The translations under genes and the position numbers were made by a program. A stretch of 64,000 nt of DNA. Source: Giardia intestinalis. Taxonomy: Eukaryota. A model generated the notes under the pieces. It was not told where the DNA came from, did not search any database, and worked only from the letters and a program-made list of their open reading frames with translations. The stretch is taken from assembly GCA_000002435.2 (NCBI GenBank), contig CM018790.1. One strand, written 5' to 3'. Shown here piece after piece: positions 28,647 to 42,200 of the stretch; position 1 is the stretch's first letter; each line of letters opens with the position of its first letter.

Positions 28647-30626
28647 ATGATAATGGGACACGGTGGGGAGCTTAATGTAAATGACCCAGTCCGGTGTGCT
28701 TTAAAAACTTTGTCGATGGCGTCGCGGCACTGCCCGAGCCCCGAAGACTGGTTTTCTGCAGCCATTAATCAAGAATATGCTAGCGTAAGCAAATGGATCG
28801 GGGCTATGGCTCGATCCGTAGATGGGAATGGAGAAACAGCTCTAATGAAGGCCGTTCGCGCGCAGGATTCCCAAATGGTGAAGATCTTAGCGAAACACGA
28901 AGCAGGAGAAACTAACGACAAGGGATACACGGCTCTTATCATAGCTGCTATCAATAATCTCGGTCCTTTGTGTGCAATCCTTGCTCCTTTAGAATCTAAC
29001 GTCACTCTTTCCGGTGGACGGACTGCTCTTATGATGGCAGCTTCTGTGAGTGCGTGTTCCTCTATAGAGGCCCTAATACCTACTCAATATGGTCGAAGAG
29101 ACGACAACGGCATGACTGCTCTGATGTATGCTGTCACATATGGTAACATAGACGCAGCATCCGCGCTAATAGATTGCGAGAAGCGTATCCTATCCTCTGA
29201 TAACAAGAGCGCGTTGATAATTGCTGCAGAGCACTACCGCAAAGATATGATCCGGCTCCTTTACCCCTACGAGCATGGCCTACTACCAGATGCAGAGAAA
29301 ATAGTGTTAGCTCCTTATGACCTTGTCACTAGTAACACACAGCATGGCAGTGGCTCCACTAGGTCTACGAGCTGCTCTGACGCTAGGCCCGAGTCATGCA
29401 AGCAGCCAAGATCCAAATCGGCATCATTCTACCAGCCGTCTCGGTCAAGCTCCTTGACTTCAGCACCACACTTCGTTCGCACAATCTCTACTAATTTCTT
29501 GTCAGATCGTCAGAGGTGCAGATCTTCTCTCGATTTATCCTGGAGCGAGTCTCATGCGCCTCACAAGATACGCTCAATTCGCATCAAGTTCTCTCCACAA
29601 AGAGGTGGGAAACCCTCACACTTTGGTGCACCACAACCACGACAACAGCGAGCTAAATCCTCAGGTGTCCCTGAGTGCTCTGACCATGCTATATCATTAG
29701 CACAGCGACAACTTAATGCGCCACGGTACGGACAACATGAGAGTCGTAAGCTACTTCGTACAAGTCCTTACAGGAAGGCCTTCTCTAAGTCACCCATTAA
29801 GGCGCTCGTCAAGGCAGACCAGCAGACCGCGGAACGGCAGCATTCTGGTACTTGTCAAAAACCTGCAAAGTCGCGACAATCCAATGAAGAGTTTTGCAAT
29901 CAGTACTTTCCTGAAAAGGGTGAAACCGGCGTGCCACACAATAATATGCATCATCAGTTATCTAGCGACAAACCACAAGGCGCACTGCGAGGGCGCACGG
30001 CATTCACGCCCACCCCTACACCGAAGCCAAGCGGGACGAAGCATGACCTCCTTTCTGCGTTAGGACAACACATTTTAACACTAGAGCGCAGACTGCTGAA
30101 GAAGGAGCAGGAGCTGCAGGCACTTGTTAGCCTTAACAAAGGCCTTCACAGAGCGGCAGTAGCACCACATGGGCAAACCAGCATACAGCCTACGTATGAG
30201 ATAACATTTACACAGTGTGCCACGCAAACAGAAGCAAAAGAAGAATACAATGTCTCACGCGGTGTACAAGACCCTATGCTTTCATGCGCTGCACGCCCTG
30301 ACACCATGAAAAAGCTGCAAGAGAACGCGTACCTAAAGCAGCTCTGCACTAGTCTATCCCTTGTAAAAGAGGATATCCTTTCGCTATGCACTGCCGCTCG
30401 GCAAGAATGTACACCGCAACGACAACTAGCACCTGAGTCATCAAAAGACCCAGGATTCCTTGATCATGAGCTTGAGGACGATACATTTGTAGTTTTTGTT
30501 CCGTGTAACCATCTAATAGACTTAGCATATTTTGTTATGAAAAGCCATGGGGAAAAGAGCATATCTATTACAGAATGCCCGCGCTGTGGCGTTCAGCCAA
30601 CTTCTTTCATTACCGTTAAGATGTAA
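28647..30626 (+). CDS. Ankyrin-repeat protein (Giardia Protein 21.1-like) with an S/P/R-rich low-complexity linker and a Cys/His-containing C-terminus
   Basis: At least six ankyrin repeats in the first 220 aa (GETALMKAV, GYTALIIAAINN, GRTALMMAA, GMTALMYAVTYGN, KSALIIAAEH). A C-terminal ..VPCNHLIDLA..CPRCGVQ.. is a possible zinc knuckle. Confidence 0.8.
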   Translation: MIMGHGGELNVNDPVRCALKTLSMASRHCPSPEDWFSAAINQEYASVSKWIGAMARSVDGNGETALMKAVRAQDSQMVKILAKHEAGETNDKGYTALIIAAINNLGPLCAILAPLESNVTLSGGRTALMMAASVSACSSIEALIPTQYGRRDDNGMTALMYAVTYGNIDAASALIDCEKRILSSDNKSALIIAAEHYRKDMIRLLYPYEHGLLPDAEKIVLAPYDLVTSNTQHGSGSTRSTSCSDARPESCKQPRSKSASFYQPSRSSSLTSAPHFVRTISTNFLSDRQRCRSSLDLSWSESHAPHKIRSIRIKFSPQRGGKPSHFGAPQPRQQRAKSSGVPECSDHAISLAQRQLNAPRYGQHESRKLLRTSPYRKAFSKSPIKALVKADQQTAERQHSGTCQKPAKSRQSNEEFCNQYFPEKGETGVPHNNMHHQLSSDKPQGALRGRTAFTPTPTPKPSGTKHDLLSALGQHILTLERRLLKKEQELQALVSLNKGLHRAAVAPHGQTSIQPTYEITFTQCATQTEAKEEYNVSRGVQDPMLSCAARPDTMKKLQENAYLKQLCTSLSLVKEDILSLCTAARQECTPQRQLAPESSKDPGFLDHELEDDTFVVFVPCNHLIDLAYFVMKSHGEKSISITECPRCGVQPTSFITVKM

Positions 30627-30656
30627 TATCAATTCCAGGCAATTGTACAACTTTAG

Positions 30657-33236
30657 TTAAACTGCAGGGTTGAAGTGGTCGCGGGCCGACTTCATAAGAC
30701 TCAAGTATGTTTGGTCTAGAGATGGCTGCGCCACGGTGAAATCAGTTATTGTTCCATTTTCCTTTTCAGTGATCAATCGTCTGAACAGGGTCGCTAGAGA
30801 AATATTCGCCAGCTGGAGGTTGTAGTACCGTACGCTTGACCACGACTTTTTACTGGGTGCAGTCTCATCGAGGTGTTCTCCGTGTCTACTTCTGAGCTCT
30901 CTGTCCAAGTTATTTGCAGCAGATGTCTCTTCAATTGGATATTTGATAGTAACAAGAATCCTCCCTGTATTCATCATTTTTATTTCTGACGGCTTTCCTA
31001 CGCAGATTACACGGCCTTCATACAAGAACACAAGCTTCTTGCAATATGTGTCGGCATCTTCCAGAGAGTGGGTTGACACTATGATGGTTCGACTGTGTGC
31101 CAGCTCATGGATTGCCGTCCAGACTTTGAGGCGAGCCGTGACGTCCAGTCCAGACGTGGGCTCATCCAAAAGCAGTATGCCAGGGTTGTTACATAAGCTA
31201 CAGGCAACTGATAGACGCCGCTTCCAGCCACCAGAGAGCGTTGACACCTTCTTGTCCAGATGCTGCCTCAGACCGAGAAAGTTGTGGTCCATAACCTGGC
31301 TATATATATTCCACAGGCTTCTGTTGTCCTCTGGAGATGTATGGGAGCTGTTTAGGAGGGAAATCTTGTGATAGCAGATCAGGTTTTCCCGAACAGTGAG
31401 AGGCTCGTAAAGAATGGCATCGTCCTGAAGACAGATGCCTAAGGAAGCTGCCATTCTTGTCCTAGCAGCTGTTGTTGCCTTTACCACCGACTTCCCATTG
31501 ATGTACACGTCTCCAGCTGTGTAGGAATGGAGCATCACTATAGACTTGAAGAGGGTTGATTTTCCGCAGCCGTTAGGACCAACAATGCAGATGATATTTT
31601 CCTCCCTGCTTATAGTAAAGAGTAGACTGACATCTTTGAGTGCTTGGATAAACTGCACGCCTTTCTGACAGCCCTTTCCCTTTACCTCATATGTCTTGGA
31701 TAGATTGCATACAACAATTCGTCCAACAGCATCTGTGGGCGAATGAAATCGCGTCTCGTTAAGCTCTCTTTTAACTGCCTCCATCTCCTTGTGGACATTT
31801 AACATGAAAGGGTCTCTTGCCTGTGTTTCTGGAATGGTAGTGTCTTGCTGCGTGGATGTGCTATGTAACAGGCCGGCGTCGATGGGCTTACCCTTCCTTT
31901 TCGAAGAAAACTTATAGGGCCTGTCAAATATAGTTACTAATAGTGCCATTAGCAATCCATAGATGAGGGTGAAAAGAATGTATAGTAAAAGCTTTTTATC
32001 TATCATTGCTTCAGCCAGATCGGCGAAACTAAACTGTCCTCGAGAATAGAAACCGTAGTACTCCATGGTAGCAAAGAGCTTCGTAAGCAGTGTTGTGGGG
32101 AAGACACAGAGGATAATGTCGATATATGCAGGCATAGAGGAGCCCGCAAAGCTGGAAATAAAGGATGGAATATAAAATATTGCCATCATATAGTTGGGAA
32201 AATTATTGCGGAAACTCTCACGAGTTTTGAAGAGCATCGAGAATGCGAACACCAATATAGACATCTCAAATGCAACAGCTAAGAACGCCAAAACGGGCAA
32301 TATTGGATTGACGGTACTCCACTTGACTCCAGCAGCCAGACTAACGATCCAGCTGAGAAGAAAGCTGGAGAATGTCAACGTGAATAGCATAAGATAATGG
32401 GCTAAGTGGAAGACAAATGGCCGCAATCCGTTGTTGTGCATTATCAACTTGCGGCCTTCAATCCGCGAGGCAACACTATAATCAATCAGATTCGGAAAGG
32501 AGAAAGTTGGATTGAGCAGGATGATGGTCAAGATGAAAAACATCCCGACAATACTAACGTCATCGAAGTCTAACACGTGTGGCAAAGCATACACAATGAA
32601 CAGAAGGGGCTGATAGGTCTCCCCAAAGTATAGGCTATCATAGCAATCTTGTATCATTGCCGTGTGCAGGGAGTTGTAGAGCACCCCTGCCCCGGAGGAA
32701 TACTTTCCGAAAAGAATCCATCCCTGCAAGGATTCACACTGCTTGTACGTGTTTATTTGGACACTGGATCCTAGATTCTTTAAGTTATAAGCAGCACTGG
32801 CAAGAGAGCTAAGGTCTGTACTCTTATTGTTGAAGATAGTGAGTGTGAAGAGGGGTTTGCCACAGTGGAAGCCCACGTCGTAGCTGGTAATTCCGCTAAC
32901 CCCGTAAGAGCCGCAATCTGGATTGGCCACTGTTTCAGCTATCTGGCTCAGAAACCCCCATGAAGAGTGTCCCGAAAGGGCTCCAAGATCTACGCCAGTC
33001 GTGTGATCGTATTGAAGGAGGAGGGGACTTGCAATCTGGCCCTTGTTTAGAGATAGAGGAAGTAAATCTGTTGGGCTCTGCGCTGTGAGAAACGCTATAT
33101 TAGCGTCTAAACCCATGACAGCTAGCACGAAAGAAACGGCCATAATAGCAATACTGATTGAATAATAAATAAGTGGGGCCGGTAGTCTCTGCATGTGCTT
33201 GATGAAAATGTAAAATACAGGGCCTAAATGGCTCAT
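30657..33236 (-). CDS. ABC transporter, ABCA-like half transporter (N-terminal membrane domain, C-terminal nucleotide-binding domain)
   Basis: About 6 predicted TM helices are followed by Walker A GPNGCGKST, the signature LSGGWKRRLSVA, and Walker B ILLLDEPTSGLD. The signature resembles ABCA LSGGMKRKLS. Confidence 0.85.
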   Translation of the reverse strand: MSHLGPVFYIFIKHMQRLPAPLIYYSISIAIMAVSFVLAVMGLDANIAFLTAQSPTDLLPLSLNKGQIASPLLLQYDHTTGVDLGALSGHSSWGFLSQIAETVANPDCGSYGVSGITSYDVGFHCGKPLFTLTIFNNKSTDLSSLASAAYNLKNLGSSVQINTYKQCESLQGWILFGKYSSGAGVLYNSLHTAMIQDCYDSLYFGETYQPLLFIVYALPHVLDFDDVSIVGMFFILTIILLNPTFSFPNLIDYSVASRIEGRKLIMHNNGLRPFVFHLAHYLMLFTLTFSSFLLSWIVSLAAGVKWSTVNPILPVLAFLAVAFEMSILVFAFSMLFKTRESFRNNFPNYMMAIFYIPSFISSFAGSSMPAYIDIILCVFPTTLLTKLFATMEYYGFYSRGQFSFADLAEAMIDKKLLLYILFTLIYGLLMALLVTIFDRPYKFSSKRKGKPIDAGLLHSTSTQQDTTIPETQARDPFMLNVHKEMEAVKRELNETRFHSPTDAVGRIVVCNLSKTYEVKGKGCQKGVQFIQALKDVSLLFTISREENIICIVGPNGCGKSTLFKSIVMLHSYTAGDVYINGKSVVKATTAARTRMAASLGICLQDDAILYEPLTVRENLICYHKISLLNSSHTSPEDNRSLWNIYSQVMDHNFLGLRQHLDKKVSTLSGGWKRRLSVACSLCNNPGILLLDEPTSGLDVTARLKVWTAIHELAHSRTIIVSTHSLEDADTYCKKLVFLYEGRVICVGKPSEIKMMNTGRILVTIKYPIEETSAANNLDRELRSRHGEHLDETAPSKKSWSSVRYYNLQLANISLATLFRRLITEKENGTITDFTVAQPSLDQTYLSLMKSARDHFNPAV

Positions 33237-33284
33237 ATCCAGGATAGATAGCCAGGATAGACCGACGTCAAAAATTTAATTTCA

Positions 33285-36200
33285 ATGGATTTGAATGATA
33301 GGATACTTAACGAAGAGCTAGAAGACGCGCAAATCCATGCTCTTCCCCTTCATGCTCTTCAGCAGAGAACCCGAGACCTCGTTAACAAACTGAGGCTACT
33401 CATCAACTCAAATTCCGACATAAATACAGATGACCTACTTACAGATGCCATCAGAAATTCCACTGCATATTCTTTGGACCCTGTTGTAGAGGCTGATAGC
33501 ACTGATGTGCGCACGAAGCTCTATAGCTATCCACTTATTTCATCCCAGGCACAAGCAAGAGCGTTTTTGGGACATTTTTTTCATGCATATATTGGATTGG
33601 TTCACCAGGAGCTTCGTCTCATCGCGCTCCGTCTCGTCTCAGCAATTTCACACGAGGGGGAGCTGACCATCTTTGAGCAAGAGCTCTCTATTCGGACCGG
33701 GGCGCTTCATGAGACGTTAAGGGATGCAACGACAGCATATTCCAAGATCCTCCCGTTGGTTTACAGCCCAGCCCTTGCAAATACCTCTCATCGATTTACT
33801 GACCCGCTTGTCTTGGATCCCCAGATACCGCTATCAAGCACACAGCTGGGGAGTCAGCAGGACACTGATTCGAGCGCTCCTCAGCACCACGATCTCGGAA
33901 GTAGTGTTCCTCTTTCACTCAGTGATTACGCAATTCCCCTGGCTGCTCTGACACGCGCCCCCGATCTATATGATGAGTTAGAGCCACGGCTAGGGGCCTT
34001 GGATAGGTCGCGTACCGGTGAAATCCTTCGGCGTGGAATGGCTTCTCTAGAGAGGTATTTGACGACAACGCATAGCCAATTCCATTGCGATTATCCATAT
34101 CTTTACACTGCCACAGCACAGCTTCAAACCTCGCTAGTTGCCCTGGGCGATTCTTACAGTGTCCTTTTGGATCCTCTACGGGAGGCTACCGAGTTCGTCT
34201 CACGCTCAACAAAACTCGTTACATCAAGTGTTGACAAGTTAATTCGATTCTTCGCTGTAGCGCAGCACAAACCATGCGATATCAATTGTGGGTTGGAATC
34301 GGTGTCCCACTCTGCAGTGATCAAAGACATAGGCACTGGAAGCACCTCGCCAATTGCTATCATCGATAGCCTAGGATATGAACGAGTAGCTAAGCGGAAT
34401 CCGCGATATCACAGTCCTACGAATATACAACAAAGCGGAACCAGCAGCAACCTTCGACTACGCTATAGGAATACATATATGGTAGCAGGCAAGCTGCTGG
34501 ATAAACTAACTGCAGCAGAGCACGAAGTAGCTGACAATACGTGTGTGAAGCTCACTACATTTCTTAATGCGCCTTTCCATGATGCAATGTCAGTCACAGA
34601 CACAGAAAAACAGAAGCAAAGTCAATGCAACCGTATATCCGCGTCGCCTCTCTTGGTAGTTGATTATGTGTACAGATTCGTTGCTGGTTTAGCCAATTCC
34701 TCTGTTAAACCAGCGAATTGCACTAGTGCTACGGGTACATCAGATGATATCTTCCGTATTCTTACAACAGGCACGGGGCATAATGAAAACACTGGTGAGA
34801 ATGCTAATAGCTCTTCCATGGCCCCTCCTACTGCCAGAACAAAACTTTCTTCTTGCCTTCCTGGACATGGTATGCCCATATTCACTCACTCATTGGACAT
34901 TGATGCTGCGGATGCTCGGGTGAAAGCAGGTCCTGCAGCCCTGCCCGTAAATGCGCATCTCTTCGATTCTAAGTCCCTGGTTATTGATGAGGCACTGGTT
35001 CATGACCTTAATCTGGCCAAAACAGCATTTAACGATGTTGAAGACTACTATAAAATGAAGCTTGACAACTTTGACTCGTTAACCGGAGATGTGATTGCTA
35101 CTGTGAATCGGTACATAAGCGCACGGGTCAAGGCACATATATCTTATGCGAATACGGGGCTTCCGACCAATCTGCTCCACTTACATTACTATATGATTTA
35201 TGGGAAGATTGTGCACCTTCGTGCACGCCTATTGTATCATTACAATCATTTAGAATATGTACGGTGCAAGATGGACAGCGACCTGCATCTGCACACACTC
35301 AACTTCCCCTTTGAGCAATCCAATAAGCCATTCTGTTTGCAGGACGTTGGCGACGCTCTCCGAGAAATTATGTCGAAGGAAGTACCTGCGGGCTCTGGAA
35401 CGGGAATGTACGGTGTGCTTGGCTTTAAGCGCGACGAGTCTCTTAGCGAGCGCTCCTCCCTCAAGGCAAATGATATTATAGCACCAGACAAGTCTAGGAT
35501 CATCTTTACAGAGGCTATACGGCAACTCTCGCACGTCGTTGAGCGAGATATTCTCTACGCGGGCAGTACGCTTGTTGAGTACCTGTCCTCTGACGCAGCA
35601 GAGAACAAGACTGATTTATCAGAGCTAGGCAACGGGCCTCTTCGCGTTGACCGCATGGTTATCTTGCTCTTTCTTTATGAGCAGGAGCTCAACCTTGTTG
35701 AGCGTAAGAGGCAGGTCGTCGATCAGGCGCTGAAGTGCTACTTTCATTCTGTCAGCTATGTGGACTGTATCAAGTGGCTCCAGTATGTCTCGGGCATAAT
35801 TGACATGAGGCCGTCGTATGATGCAGACTTACTAGTTGCAACGAATGATATCAACAGCTTCACGGGATGCCAGGCGCTAGTTCTACGCCTTCAGCAGGTC
35901 TCTCGATTCATTGAAGAGTACATTACCGCTGTATTAGAAGATGATTGTCGAGAGGCAGCTGTAACGAGAGTTCATACACACATAGAAAGAAAGTTGGTTA
36001 GTGCGTCTTTACCCCCAGCACAGCAAAAACTGGGGCCTGACACGGCTCCGTGGAAAGGATCAGCATCCCAGAGAAATAATTCTGCCGGAAGTAGACGTAG
36101 CTCTTCGGCGTTCCAGCATGTTAGCTCTAAACTTGGGATCAGCCAATCTGGATACCGACCAACATCAGCTTTAGCGTCGCAAACTAGCAAGTACCTGGGA

Positions 36201-39200
36201 GGCGACCATAAAGATGCCAGCAGTATTTCTGAGCGATCCTCCATCGATGGCTTGTCGCGTAAGGAAGGACCAAAGAGAGCACTGCTTCTATCTGGACATG
36301 CGGAGGCATCTGACGATCATCTTCATAAGAGAGTGGAGTCGGGTGGAACCGCTTTTACAGTCACAAAAGATAGCTATGTGGTGACGTTCCCAAGGTACGC
36401 TGGCTTCGGGTCCCCTGTTCACCCCGCCTTCGCACAGACAACTATCTGCGATATCCATTATTCTATTGGGAAACTAGTCAATCTGCTTTCTGATTTGGAC
36501 AAGTATGCATACGTTTTTACTTCCAAGTATCTTCTCGCGCCACGACTGCCGGCCTATGCGAATGACTTATGCCACTGTGCAGTCTATGAAGCTGCACGCG
36601 AAGAGCTCTTCTTTGTGTCGCAATCTCGTCGCACCCGTGGGGCTCTTGGAACTCTTCCTCAGTATCTTCATAAGCAGTGTCGATATGGGCTTTATGGGCT
36701 TCCATACGAGCTTGTTCAGAGTGTGAAGACAATATCTCAGGCAAACGAATGCTTAAATATTCTAGCAAGCAAGCGAAACTTGGCGCTTTTAACTATTCAG
36801 ACTACTATCGCAGTTCAATGCCTTGGTTCATGTTACAATGAATTGGGTCGACGACTATCAAAGCTCAGTATGGGCCGTGGTCCGTGGACAAACTCGTGTC
36901 TGGAAGATATGTTGCCTAACTTTATTAATTTCGAAGAATTTCTGACTGGTTATACACATGAGCTGCCTCGAGCTAGGGCAAGTAGTGCACTGCATGTCCC
37001 AGACGTGTGCAAAGAAACAGAGACAGAGTATGATTATTCTATATGCCTACTTGACTTTAGCAATCGTGACTTCACGTCAACCTTTGATAGCTTCCAGCTA
37101 CCGAGCGACTTTGATTTTGAGCTGTGCCTTCTGGACCCTCTTGCTGGAGCTGCTGTCCGTCTACTACGAGACATGACCCCTACTGTTTTCAAATTAGATC
37201 CATTGTTTCTTGACGGGAATACGAGTGAGCTTCTTGAAGCAGCTCTGCCAGATGTGATCATTTCAGATGACTCCTCGGACGAGGAATTTATCTTGACGGC
37301 CGACTCCAAGGCCACATTGAAGGCTACTTCTAACTCGGCTGGAAAGCATTTATTTCCAACGTCAGCGCACACCCTCTGTGGCCCAGGTTCCGCTATTGAT
37401 CTTTCTTATAAATCGTATCACCCATATGCACACATTCCCAACTTTCTTTCTCCGTCCACCGTTTCAGATGTCGCAGGAACCCTCAGTGGATTCTCCTATT
37501 GCAGCACTCTCTTTTCTATAACAACGGAGCATCGGAAAGATGCATTTGTAGAAGCATCGCACAGTCAACTAGCGCAGATCTCTAGGAAGTACCAGCACGA
37601 GCTGTCATCCATAGTTGACATGTTAATTGCTAGAGGCCCCGAGAAGATGGGCCCAAAAACTATCTCAGTACAGGATAGCTTCGAGACAAATCCGTACATC
37701 TATCTAGATAACGTCGTGGGTTTCCTGCAGCGGCTTGTCTTCGTCCAGGCCTGTGGTCTAGAGTTCTATCGTACCGTCTTGAATGAGCTTGTCGAAACAG
37801 TAATGGTTCCTCTGCGAAATCTCAACACTGCATGCGAGCTGAAGGCAAGGCACACTCTCATGGCGCAACAGGTGGATATATCTGCCGTATCTGCAGTTGT
37901 TCTATTAGACAACGTACCTGAATCAACGTCTTTCTTCATTACACAGCAGTATGCCGATTTGCAAAGCAATAATGTTGTCTCCAAGGGAGCCATACCTCTA
38001 GGGCAAGAGCCCCAGATGTCTGCTCTTAACAAGTACACGGCAAATGACTGCTTTCTTTCTTTCCTGATCTTGGCAGCAGAATATAAGTATATTTGGAGCA
38101 ACACAGTGTATCTAAAAGCTCGATCGTCCTATGCAGAGCTACAGGATAAGCTTGCGTCTGGTGTCGTGGGTAGCTTGCTTATGTTTGAACGCGCTCGATG
38201 CATTGAATCCGTTCTGCTCACCCACAAAGACCGTCTTATGGTCCTTAAAAGAGCACATGTCCAGACAGATTACGATCGAGACTCCCTCACCACCAGCGAC
38301 ACCACACGGTCTGCCCGCAGCTCGTCGCATGTCTCCACAGGAGCATTGGAAGATGCCTCTGATCTGCCATTCCATTTGCGACTTAATCTTCGCAATATGG
38401 AACTGGTTACAATAGTGCTTATGTTATGCGACTATTCGCGTGCACATTCGTTACGGAGTCAGCTTGCTGATATTTTGAACAGGCTCCGTGAAAAACACAA
38501 AGAGATGCACCTCTGTGAAGTTAAGAATATTCTTACTCGCCAGCAATCTGCTGATCAGTCAGATTGGAATGCATATATTGATGGAGTCGCCGACTATTCT
38601 TTTGCCTCGACGGAACAGCAGGCCCTAGAGTTTCTTTCTGAGTTTAAAATAATAGACAATCTGCACAATTGGAAAGTTAACATAGCACAGTCACTGGGAA
38701 GATATCTCCCCGGTACCACGACTGAAATAAAAAAAGGTGGAAAGGCAAGAACAAAAGGGAGAGCACCTAAGAGAGTAGCGTGTCGTCGAAAGAATGATCT
38801 AACAGATATATATGACATTCTTTGCATTTCACCATATCTGCTGGATCCTCTTGTGCATGAAAATATATCTTCTTTGTTATTTGGTCACACACCAGACGCA
38901 CTCACTAGAGCTCCTGTCTCACAAAACGTTCTTCCCAACTTGACGATAGTCCCTCCAGCATCGTCAGTTCGCTTTGTTATGGCAAGCAAGACAACGAACC
39001 TCTTCCAAGCCGTTCCACTCTTGGCTGGCTTAATACATCTCTACGCGTCTTATCTGCACTACTGTGACTTCTCTCTTGTTCTTCAAAGGCTTTCTTGCAG
39101 ACTTGCAATGAGTGGACACAAGCACCACGACGAACAGAACTTCGACGCACAAGTGCATGACCTGCTACTTAATGACAGTAGCTCCGGTTTTCTTAGGCGT

Positions 39201-42200
39201 GCAAATGGATATAGCGACTTCATTCTGAAGATGGCCCTAAGTAGCCAAATGGACGAGGAGTCACAAACCAGCAGCACTCATATGCATGGATGCATTACTC
39301 GCGTCCAGAAAGATGAGGGCGATTCAACTGATACAACCTCTGATACCAGCGGGTCAGACATGCCACCTAGCAGCAAAGAGCCAGATCATCCTGTCCCGAT
39401 TGACCAGAGTGCAACAGGGAAAACTGCCGAGCTAGAAGAGATCTTGCCACCGGGTGAATTTGAGCTTGTCGGCTATGGAGAACATATTGATAACTCGTCG
39501 GTTCAACAGGAAACGAAGAACTTAATCGGACAGCTACGTCTTGTTTCTAACTCGAAGGCTCTTGACTTCAAAATACGGGGGCATCGGTGTAAGAATAACA
39601 TGCTGGTGTTTTTCGCACGACTGATGTCACTAGTGATGATGAGCATTTGGAGACAGTGCAAGCAGCACCAGCAAACAAAGTATGTGTCGCAGAACAATGT
39701 TAATATGCCAATTAAGAAGGTCCATAAAACCGTGGATGTCGTGGATTTCAATAAGTATGCATCATCGTTAGGACTCCTTGATGGTATTACAGAGAGGCTC
39801 ACCAAGCATCAGACCAAGCCGGAGGATGAATATGTGGGCTCAGATCCCAAAATGCTCGAGTTTATGTCCTCACAGAAGGCGTTAGAGCTCCAAGCAATGC
39901 CTATTACACCGCTAGAAACAAGTACTGGGGATCCAGACACCGAAGCTTCATCAGTCGTCTCAGACAACAGCGAGGATCAAGACCTGTTTCTTCCTGAGGT
40001 AGGTGAGGCTCTACTCTTGACTTCCTACACCCTTGTGGAGGTGCTTAAGGTTGTGTATGTCATGCGGGACTTTGCGTTTGAACGGATAATGGGGTATGCA
40101 CTAATATGCTTAAAAAGTGCGTACTCCCATGGTGACCTTATCTCTACCGACAGCTTGCTTGAAACGTTTGAAAACGTGAAGCGTGTAACGGGCTTTGATT
40201 TGGTTGTCGGCAATCCGACGAATAAGATTATCGACATCATACTTGGAAGGCTAAGGCCCAGTGGTAAGGCCGACGGTTTGCCAGGAGTGCTTGACGACAA
40301 TGTTATCAATGAGCGAACCATGGCGTTATTGGCCCATAGAGGAAACGAGTACAGTGCCAGTGGCATAGAGGTAACAGAGGAGAGCAGGCAAGTGAAGCAG
40401 AGAGAGTATTCGGACAGCCTCTTGAAGAACGGGCAGCCCAGTGATGTGTGTGGGGGCGAAGATGATACACTTCGTGCCACAAAACGGGTATCGCTCGACC
40501 TTCTAGAGCAGTCTCTTCCGGAGCCTTATTCAGAGTATCTCCAACACGACAACCAGTCAGACCTGTTACAAAGCGTAGCAGGCGCAGGCCTCAAATTGAA
40601 TCTCAAGACCTTGAAGACATGCGGTGAGCATACAGATCTATTTAGACCAAGAATACTCAACACTAAAAGCTCTTTCTCATCAAGATTGGTGCTCAATCGA
40701 TTTGCTGAGATCACACATCTCAGCATAATGTCGCCTCCATTCCTTGACGGACTATTTAACGGATTGTGCAGTGGACATAAGTTTGGCTCGTCACTGTCCT
40801 GCTTCGCTGGATATGCCCCCATCACAATAAGCCTAGATCAAGCTGAGCAATCGGCACATTCACCGATAAACCTTAACTGCGGAATAACCAATCTAGGGCA
40901 TCATCTTGTGCACGCAGGCCTCAGCTCCTTTGCACCCAACCAGCCCCTGCTCAAGGATACCGTCAGTCATAGAGCGAGTCTGTCAGCCCGAAGCGCATCT
41001 GGTAGGTCATCCACTACCCTAAATGAAGTCAGCTTTGCCGAAATCTTCGGTGCAGTTGGCCATCAATCAATCCTCTTGGACCAGTGCACCCTCGACGATG
41101 GTGACAATCGCATAGATGCCTCAGCTCTGCATGTGCATATCTTTCTCCAGCAGCTCAGAGAAAGAACCTACGTGCACACCTACGGCAAGCGGGAGCTACA
41201 ATCACAAACTAGACATATTGCATATAGCTTCTCCGACTTTTTCCTGCTATCTGAGCGAATATCTCCGATAGTGCTGTACTCGGGAGAGAAAGTGTTAGGC
41301 ATAGATACCGTCGATGAATATTCGGAGTTCTGCGCTCTTTCTGAGTGCGGAAGATCTGTTGTGGCAAAGCCTTACATGGACATCTTTGATCCCGTGTCTC
41401 GCTCATTAACCAATGAGAAAGCTGGCTTGACAGAGCCCCCTAAGACACGGTGTGTAGTTGTCGGCAAACTGAGGCTATTTCAATTATACAATATGTTAAA
41501 CTGTTCGGCCATACCATCCCACTTCACAGCAAGACATAATATTCTAGAAAACAACTATGCCAACAGCTCTTCTCAGCGTTCTAATCCACTTGACCTTTCA
41601 AAAAGACATATAGACGAGCGTGAATGGCTAGCCTATTTACCAGGGTACATGGATACAGTTCTATCCTATCACACCAATCCTACTGTGGAACCGTGGCTAA
41701 ATTCTGCCAGACTATCCATGAACGTCTTCCTACTGAGTGGATATGTTTATAATCAGCTTTCAGAATCCCTCGTTAGCAATCTGGAAGCTCTAATTGAGAA
41801 AATAAAATCATATGTTCCCACCAATCCCAGTGACAACTTCATCACGGCAAACAGATTCTTCAAGAATGCCGCTCCAATATATCCCCTGGTACCCGGAACT
41901 TATGGGCTAAGCCCAGCAGATGTTACCCTCCCTTATCTCCCTGGAGACTCCATGCAGTCCACCAGGTTCCTTCATCGATACTTCGGAAGAAACTTCATGA
42001 CAATAGAAGCCCTCAGCAATGGAGTTGCAAGCTCTGGAGAGAATCAGAATCTTGTTGTTTTAACAAACTATGCTCTGGCGCAGATGCTTGACAAATTCAA
42101 ATCCATTCTGTTCAGCGAAATGACTCAGCGTGTAAGGCTGAAGTTGCAAGGATCTTTGCTCTCTTCTTTGGGAATGAGAGCGGCTCTCTTTAGCATGACA

